A stretch of 32,000 nucleotides of DNA from Blattabacterium cuenoti (lineage in GTDB: Bacteria > Bacteroidota > Bacteroidia > Flavobacteriales > Blattabacteriaceae). Positions 25,849-32,000 of the stretch are shown piece after piece; the first letter of the stretch is position 1; every line of letters starts with the position of its first letter. A model generated the notes under the pieces. The model saw nothing but the letters and a program-made list of their open reading frames with translations, was not told the origin of the DNA and did no database searches. Where the stretch lies: the NCBI GenBank assembly GCA_014251975.1, contig CP059204.1, forward strand, positions 420,001 through 452,000, given 5' to 3'. The position numbers and the translations under genes are program-made.

Positions 25849-27978
25849 ATGCCAGATCTTATACAAGAAAATATTTCTTTAAATGATGGTCGTAAAATAA
25901 TAATAGAAACTGGATCTTTGGCAAGACAATCGGATGGATCTGCTACTGTACGTCTTAATAATACAATACTATTAGCTACTGTAGTTGAATCTCATAAAGA
26001 AATTAAAAATGAAACAAATTTTTTACCATTAACTGTAGATTATAGAGAAAAATATTCAGCATGTGGTAAAATACCAGGGGGTTACATAAAAAGAGAGGGA
26101 AGACCATCTAACGAAGAAATTTTAACTATGAGGCTTGTAGACAGAACCTTGAGGCCTATGGTCCCAGAAAATTTAAATAAAGAAATACAAATAATGATTT
26201 CTTTATTATCGTATGATAATACAGTTATACCTGATATTTTAGCAGGATTAGCAGCATCTGCTGCACTATCAATATCAGGGATACAATTCTATGGCCCAGT
26301 ATCAGTAATTAGAATTATACGAATAAATAAAAAATTCTTTGTTAATCCTAGTTTAGATCAACTAAAAGAAGCTGATATTGATTTAATTGTTGGTGCATCA
26401 AAAGATTCAATTATTATGATAGAAGGAGAAATGAAAGAAATTAAAGAGGAAGATTTTATATATATAGTTGAAGAAGCACATAAATTAATTATTCCTCAAA
26501 TTAAAGCACAAAAACATTTAATTAATAAACTTAAAATTTCAAAAAAGAATGTAACAAAAAAAGAAAATAAAGATGATTTAACAATAAAAAAAAAAATGTT
26601 TTCTTCACTTTATGATAAAATAAAAAATGTCTTTGAAAAATTATTAGATAAAAAAAGTAGGTTAATTCAAGAAAGAAAAATATTGAATAATTTTAAACAA
26701 CAATTTTTTACAGAAAAGGAAATAGAAGAAAAAGAATTTATATTTGACAAATTTTATAATGAAATAAAAAAAAAACTAATTAGAAAATTACTTATTGAAA
26801 ACGGTATACGGCTAGATGGTAGAAATAATAAACAAATTCGTTCAATATCTAGTTATGTAGATTACTTACCTGGAGTCCACGGTTCAAACTTGTTTTCTAG
26901 AGGAGATACCCAATCTTTAACAACAGTAACATTAGGATCATCATTAGATGTTAATAAAATAGATAATGTTACTATGGAAAACAATGAAAAATTTTATTTA
27001 CATTATAATTTTCCACCTTTTTCTACTGGAGAAATTAGACATATTAGAGGTGTTTCTAGGCGTGAAGTAGGTCACGGGAATTTAGCACAACGCGCATTAA
27101 AAAATATAATACCTAAAAATCCTTATACTATACGTATTGTATCCGATATTTTAGAATCTAATGGATCATCTTCTATGGCTACTGTTTGTGCAGCAAGTTT
27201 AGCACTAATGGATGCTGGTATCCCTATTAAAAGCCCAGTATCTGGTATATCTATGGGTTTAATTATGGATAATGATAAACATATTATTATTTCTGATCTT
27301 ATAGGAGAAGAAGATTATTTTGGTGATTTAGATTTTAAAATTACAGGTACAAAGAAAGGTATTACAGCATGCCAAATGGATGTAAAAAAAATAAAAGGAC
27401 TAACATTACAAATATTAAGAAATATTTTAAAACAAGCATTAGAAGGTAGAATATTTATTTTAAAAAAAATGTTTAAAATATTACCTATTCATAGAAAAGA
27501 AATGAAACAAAATGTACCTAAAATATATACTTTTAGTATACCAAAAAGATGTATTGGATTAGTTATTGGTGCTGGTGGAAAAATTATTCAAGAAATACAA
27601 TCTAAAACTAATACTAATATAATTATAGAAGAAAAAGAAAATCTTGGTTATATTGAAATTATAGGAAAAAGTTTTGAAGAAATTGATAAAGCGATTGAAA
27701 AAATTAAGAATATTACTTTTATACCAGAATTAGGTAAAATTTATAATGCTAAAGTAAAATCAATAAAAGATTTTGGAGTATTTGTTGAAATATCTAAAGG
27801 TATAGAAGGTTTATTACATATTTCTGAAATAGAATGGAAAAATATAAATATAAAAGAAAAATTTAATATAGGAGATATTATTGATGTAAAAGTAATAGGT
27901 ATCGATGAAAAAAATAAAAAAATAAAATTGTCCAGAAAAATTTTACTTCCTAAAAATAAAAAAAATTATAAACAATAG
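25849..27978 (+). CDS. pnp: polyribonucleotide nucleotidyltransferase (PNPase)
   Basis: 709 aa with two RNase PH-like halves, a KH motif (IGLVIGAGGKIIQEI) and an S1 domain (GKIYNAKVKSIKDFGVFVEI). Confidence 0.95.
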   Translation: MPDLIQENISLNDGRKIIIETGSLARQSDGSATVRLNNTILLATVVESHKEIKNETNFLPLTVDYREKYSACGKIPGGYIKREGRPSNEEILTMRLVDRTLRPMVPENLNKEIQIMISLLSYDNTVIPDILAGLAASAALSISGIQFYGPVSVIRIIRINKKFFVNPSLDQLKEADIDLIVGASKDSIIMIEGEMKEIKEEDFIYIVEEAHKLIIPQIKAQKHLINKLKISKKNVTKKENKDDLTIKKKMFSSLYDKIKNVFEKLLDKKSRLIQERKILNNFKQQFFTEKEIEEKEFIFDKFYNEIKKKLIRKLLIENGIRLDGRNNKQIRSISSYVDYLPGVHGSNLFSRGDTQSLTTVTLGSSLDVNKIDNVTMENNEKFYLHYNFPPFSTGEIRHIRGVSRREVGHGNLAQRALKNIIPKNPYTIRIVSDILESNGSSSMATVCAASLALMDAGIPIKSPVSGISMGLIMDNDKHIIISDLIGEEDYFGDLDFKITGTKKGITACQMDVKKIKGLTLQILRNILKQALEGRIFILKKMFKILPIHRKEMKQNVPKIYTFSIPKRCIGLVIGAGGKIIQEIQSKTNTNIIIEEKENLGYIEIIGKSFEEIDKAIEKIKNITFIPELGKIYNAKVKSIKDFGVFVEISKGIEGLLHISEIEWKNINIKEKFNIGDIIDVKVIGIDEKNKKIKLSRKILLPKNKKNYKQ

Positions 27979-27989
27979 AATTAATTATT

Positions 27990-28853
27990 ATGAGACAGCT
28001 TAAGATAACTAAACAAGTTACCAATAGAGAATCAGAATCATTAGATAAATATCTTCACGAAATTGGTAAAATACCATTACTTACACCTGAAGAAGAAGTA
28101 GAATATGCTAGAAAAGCAAGAAAAGGTGATACATCATCTATAAATAAATTAGTTAATGCAAATTTAAGATTTGTAGTATCCGTAGCTAAACAATATCAAA
28201 ATCAGGGTTTAAGTTTATGTGATTTAATAAATGAAGGAAATTTAGGATTAATAAAAGGAATATTACGTTTTGATGAAACAAGAGGTTTTAAATGTATTTC
28301 TTATGTTGTTTGGTGGATAAGACAAGCAATTTTGCAAGCAATAGCCGAACAATCACGTTCTATAAGGCAACCAACAAATAAATTAGCTTTACTAAATAAA
28401 ATATTAAAAACTCTAGCACAATTAGAGCAAGAATTACAAAGAACACCATCTATAAGTGAAATATCTGATCATTTAAATATGAATGAAAAAGATGTTGAAG
28501 ATTCAATAAAAAATTCAGGTAGACATATATCCATGGATGCTCCATTAGTAGAAGGAGAAGATTCTAATTTATATGATTTAGTTAGATCAGATGAATCCCC
28601 TAGACCAGATGAAGATTTAGAAAAAGAATCATTAAAAAAAGATATAAAAAGAATATTAGAAACATTAAGTGAAAGAGAACGGCGTGTTATTATATTACAC
28701 TTTGGATTAAATGGATCTCCTCCTATGACTTTAGAAGAAGTTGGTCAATTTTGTGATTTAACTAGAGAAAGAGTAAGACAAATTGAAAGTATTGCTTTAA
28801 AAAGATTGAAACATTCATCTAGAAGCAAAATATTAAAACCTTATTTAGGGTAA
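27990..28853 (+). CDS. rpoD: primary RNA polymerase sigma factor (short Bacteroidota SigA/RpoD type)
   Basis: 287 aa with region 2 (DLINEGNLGLIKGILRFD, YVVWWIRQAI) and region 4.2 (TLEEVGQFCDLTRERVRQIES). It is visibly more GC-rich than its surroundings. Confidence 0.95.
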   Translation: MRQLKITKQVTNRESESLDKYLHEIGKIPLLTPEEEVEYARKARKGDTSSINKLVNANLRFVVSVAKQYQNQGLSLCDLINEGNLGLIKGILRFDETRGFKCISYVVWWIRQAILQAIAEQSRSIRQPTNKLALLNKILKTLAQLEQELQRTPSISEISDHLNMNEKDVEDSIKNSGRHISMDAPLVEGEDSNLYDLVRSDESPRPDEDLEKESLKKDIKRILETLSERERRVIILHFGLNGSPPMTLEEVGQFCDLTRERVRQIESIALKRLKHSSRSKILKPYLG

Positions 28854-28860
28854 AAAAAAA

Positions 28861-28933
28861 GACCCCGAAGGGATTCGAACCCATAACCTTCTGATCCGTA
28901 ATCAGATGCTCTATCCATTTAAGCTACGAGGCC
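28861..28933 (-). tRNA. tRNA-Arg (anticodon ACG)
   Basis: The reverse complement GGCCTCGTAGCTTAAATGGATAGAGCATCTGATTACGGATCAGAAGGTTATGGGTTCGAATCCCTTCGGGGTC folds by hand into a cloverleaf. It has a 7-bp acceptor stem (2 G-U pairs), a 4-bp D stem, a 5-bp anticodon stem with loop TTACGGA, and a T arm with loop TTCGAAT (one U-U mismatch). No CCA is encoded. Confidence 0.9.
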
Positions 28934-28973
28934 TTAAAAATATTTTTAAAAGCAAATATACTTTAATTTTATT

Positions 28974-29735
28974 TTAAGAATTAATTATTTTTAAAAAATT
29001 GTCCAATTTTAGTGAAGAATTCCCTATTAATCCACCATCAACATCTTTTTCATAAAGTATTCTTTTTACGTTAGTATGGTTTATACTACCGCCATATAAA
29101 ATATATATATTGTTAGCGACATAACTCCCATATTTTTTAAAAAATAAAGATCTAATAAATTTATGCATAATTTGAATTTGTTCATTAGTTGCATTTTTAC
29201 CAGTACCTATAGCCCATATCGGTTCATATGCTATACATAAATATGAAATTTCTTTTTCAGTGCAATTAAATACAGTTTCATATAACTGATTTTTTATAAC
29301 AGAAAAATGTTTATTTTTTTTTCTATCATCAAGCGTTTCTCCTACGCAAAAAATAACATAAATATTATGTTTTATTGATACTTTTATTTTTTTTAAAAAA
29401 ATACTTTCTTTTTCGAAAAAATATTTTTTTCTTTCACTATGACCAACAATTACACTTCTAATACCTATAGATTTTAACATTATAGCAGATACTTCTCCTG
29501 TATATGCTCCATGTTCCATACAACATACATTTTGCGATGCAATATTTATAAAAGTTCCTTGAACAATTTGATTAGAAATATGTAAAAATGGATAAGAAGG
29601 TGCTATAATAATTTTTTTATTATGTTCTATTTTTTTTTCAAATACAATTTTTAAAATGTTTCTTAAAAAAGAAGTAGTTTCATAAAAATCATGATTCATT
29701 TTCCAATTTGCAACTATAATCTTTTTTTTCATCAT
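28974..29735 (-). CDS. tpiA: triose-phosphate isomerase
   Basis: 253 aa with motifs ANWKMN, VGHSERK and AYEPIWAIGTG. Confidence 0.95.
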   Translation of the reverse strand: MMKKKIIVANWKMNHDFYETTSFLRNILKIVFEKKIEHNKKIIIAPSYPFLHISNQIVQGTFINIASQNVCCMEHGAYTGEVSAIMLKSIGIRSVIVGHSERKKYFFEKESIFLKKIKVSIKHNIYVIFCVGETLDDRKKNKHFSVIKNQLYETVFNCTEKEISYLCIAYEPIWAIGTGKNATNEQIQIMHKFIRSLFFKKYGSYVANNIYILYGGSINHTNVKRILYEKDVDGGLIGNSSLKLDNFLKIINS

Positions 29736-30236
29736 TTATCTTTTTACTTTTAAAAAAACAATAATTTTAATTAATAGATCTAAATAATTTTTTTTTAATT
29801 GATAATAAGATAGTTTTTTAAATGTTTTTTTTAAAAATAATATATTATTTAAAATATTATCCGTAGAATAATTTACAAATTTTGATTTATTTATATAAAA
29901 TTTTATTTTAATTTTATATATTATATTATCATATAAATTAATAATATATTCTAAGTTTGATATTTTAACTTTATTATATTTTACATATAATTTTATTAAC
30001 GCAATAATCAAATAATTTACAATATCTATATATGTATTTTTTATTTTATTGTTTTTAAATGAATCATTTTCTAATTTATTAAAAGTAATATTTTTTATTC
30101 TAATAATTTTCATAAAAATTTGATCTATTATAGAATAATTTTTCATATATATCCAAGATAATCCATAATAACTAAATTTTTCTAAAAATAACTTTCTACA
30201 TTTTTTTAAAACATATTCAATAAAGCTTACATTCAT
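29736..30236 (-). CDS. hypothetical protein, probably DUF1599-family
   Basis: 166 aa that abuts the tpiA start with no gap. The N-terminal pattern CRKLF..K...YG.SW......SIIDQIF.KI.RI resembles what I recall of the two-repeat DUF1599 proteins of Flavobacteriia. The family assignment is from memory only. Confidence 0.5.
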   Translation of the reverse strand: MNVSFIEYVLKKCRKLFLEKFSYYGLSWIYMKNYSIIDQIFMKIIRIKNITFNKLENDSFKNNKIKNTYIDIVNYLIIALIKLYVKYNKVKISNLEYIINLYDNIIYKIKIKFYINKSKFVNYSTDNILNNILFLKKTFKKLSYYQLKKNYLDLLIKIIVFLKVKR

Positions 30237-30819
30237 ATAATTAGAATTTATAAGTAATAACTAATTATTTTAAATAAAAATTTGTATTGTTTGTATATTT
30301 TAATTATTATTTAGAATAAAAATTATAATTTATCATTTTATCATTACATTTTATATAAATTACATTATTAACAAAAATATTCATATTTTTTTTTAATTTA
30401 GAACTAGAAATTTAACTATACAAAATTAATATTTTTAATATAAAGTATAAAAAAGTATAATTAATCTCATAAATATTATAAATATATTATCATTATTAAA
30501 TTTTACTTATTTTTTTTATTTTAATAAAAAATTTTTTCTATCACTTAACTTTATATCACTTAACTAATACAAAAAATTATCAACTTTTATAAAAATTTTT
30601 ACAATAGAATAATAAAATATTGTGAAGTGAAGTTTTTTCATAAAAAATTCTATTCAATTACAAATAAAATTAAATTTTATACAAAATGTACATAGTAGTA
30701 TAAATTCTATAGTAAATTTACCTATATTAGAAAGTATATTTTAGACCATTACATAATGGACATTCCATAATGGAACTATATAAAAATAAAATTATAAAAA
30801 GATTTACTTGGTAAGTTTT

Positions 30820-32000
30820 ATGGATATTATTAAAAATGTTTATAGTATATATACTATTTCTAGTGGTATAGAAATAGATAGTAGAAAAGTAAAAAATGGT
30901 TCAATTTTTTTTTCTTTAAAAGGAAAAAGATTTAATGGTAATAAATTTGCATCAGAAGCTATTTCAAAAGGTGCTATATTATCTATTATAGACGATAAAA
31001 AATATTTTTTTTCATGTAATAAAAAAATGATATTTGTACATGATTCATTATTATTTTTACAAAAATTAGCAATGTATCATAGATATAAAAATAAAAATAT
31101 CCCTATTATAGTTATAGCTGGAAGTAACGGTAAAACAACAACAAAAGAATTAATAAAAGAAATTTTAAAAAAAAAATATAATAAAGTTCATTTTACTAAA
31201 GAAAATTTTAATAATCATATAGGTATTCCATTAACTATACTTTCTATATCTAGAAATACTCAAATATCTGTTATAGAAATAGGAGCTAATCATAAAAATG
31301 AAATAAAAAATATGTGCAACATAGTTTATCCTAATTATGGTTATATTACAAATTTTGGTAAAGCTCATTTAGAAGGATTTTTAAGTGAACAAGGTGTAAT
31401 TACTAGTAAACTAGAATTATATAATTTTTTAAGAAAAAAAAATGGATTAGTATTTATAAATGGTGATGATCCAATACAAAATATAAACAGTATATATATG
31501 AAAAAATTTATTTTTTCATCATATAAAGATCAAGTATCAGATATAAAATTTAAATATTTTTTTAACTCAATAGGAAAAAATTTGAAAAAATCTTTTTTAC
31601 TATTTAATAATATAAAAATTATTTCTCCTCTTATAGGGGATTATAATTTATATAATATCGCTGCATCTGTAACTATTGGTATTTATTTTAAAGTATCTTT
31701 AATAGATATTAAAAATGCTGTAGAGAAATATATACCAAATAACTATAGATCTCAAATTATAAAAAAAAAAAATAAAAAAATTTTTTTAGATTGTTATAAT
31801 GCAAATCCTACTAGTATGATTAAATCACTAAATTTTTTCGTTAATAATATTAATGGTAAAAAAATAATTATATTAGGAGATATGTTAGAATTAGGGAAGT
31901 ATTCCATTGAAGAACATGAAAAAATAATATTTTTTTTAATGGGGAAAAATATTATATCTTACTTAATAGGAAAAAATTTTTTTTATAGTAAAAATATTAA
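30820..32000 (+). CDS. murF: UDP-N-acetylmuramoyl-tripeptide--D-alanyl-D-alanine ligase, N-terminal ~393 aa (3' end lies outside the window)
   Basis: It is absent from the ORF track because no stop is reached. My own translation from the ATG at 30820 gives MDIIKNVYSI...IDSRKVKNGSIFFSLKG.RFNGNKF...AGSNGKTTTKE...DCYNANPTSM...LGDMLELG, which carries Mur ligase P-loop and MurF motifs. Confidence 0.85.
   Translation, partial: MDIIKNVYSIYTISSGIEIDSRKVKNGSIFFSLKGKRFNGNKFASEAISKGAILSIIDDKKYFFSCNKKMIFVHDSLLFLQKLAMYHRYKNKNIPIIVIAGSNGKTTTKELIKEILKKKYNKVHFTKENFNNHIGIPLTILSISRNTQISVIEIGANHKNEIKNMCNIVYPNYGYITNFGKAHLEGFLSEQGVITSKLELYNFLRKKNGLVFINGDDPIQNINSIYMKKFIFSSYKDQVSDIKFKYFFNSIGKNLKKSFLLFNNIKIISPLIGDYNLYNIAASVTIGIYFKVSLIDIKNAVEKYIPNNYRSQIIKKKNKKIFLDCYNANPTSMIKSLNFFVNNINGKKIIILGDMLELGKYSIEEHEKIIFFLMGKNIISYLIGKNFFYSKNI

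Noticed and set aside
1-32000. Evidence for a horizontally acquired island, mobile element, toxin-antitoxin or defence system
   Set aside because: There are no transposase, integrase, phage or restriction-like ORFs and no terminal inverted or direct repeats flanking a block. Composition is uniformly AT-rich, apart from conserved genes (rpoD, tRNA), which are GC-richer because of functional constraint. Gene content is core housekeeping throughout.

Overview
Extremely AT-rich, gene-dense window. It looks like a reduced-genome Bacteroidota (Flavobacteriia-type) obligate endosymbiont, Blattabacterium-like. That assignment is inferred from gene content: a short 287-aa RpoD, a GH3-family protein, L31 type B, a DUF1599-like gene and a ddl/PASTA/rluD neighbourhood. 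I can support about 30 protein genes and one tRNA, and almost all are housekeeping. In window order they are murA (5' partial), greA, HIT, coaX, an alpha/beta hydrolase, a frameshifted 5-formyl-THF cyclo-ligase, rseP, feoA, feoB, ddl, a PASTA protein, rluD, mgtE, leuS, gdh, pyrH, frr, asnS, rpoN, sufE, rpmE2, ubiE/menG, a GH3-family gene, rpsO, pnp, rpoD, tRNA-Arg(ACG), tpiA, a DUF1599-like gene and murF (3' partial). I see no mobile elements, CRISPR, defence, phage or secondary-metabolite loci, and TGA behaves as a stop codon. The one truly unusual object is the PASTA-domain membrane protein between ddl and rluD (8691-10691). Its C-terminal ~400 aa consist of three consecutive in-frame tandem-repeat modules: 24 bp x ~3.6, 33 bp x 4 and 45 bp x 21.2. 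Runs of adjacent copies are identical at the nucleotide level, and together they encode a strongly cationic Lys-rich tail. Secondary points: a 5-FCL gene broken at an A15 run that RNA polymerase slippage could rescue; a tiny Cys-rich ORF after feoB with no clean start codon; a G10 run; three unusually long noncoding spacers containing short C/G-bearing repeated words; and retention of rpoN and a GH3-family enzyme. No database search was run. All product calls rest on motifs and family resemblance that I recognise by eye.
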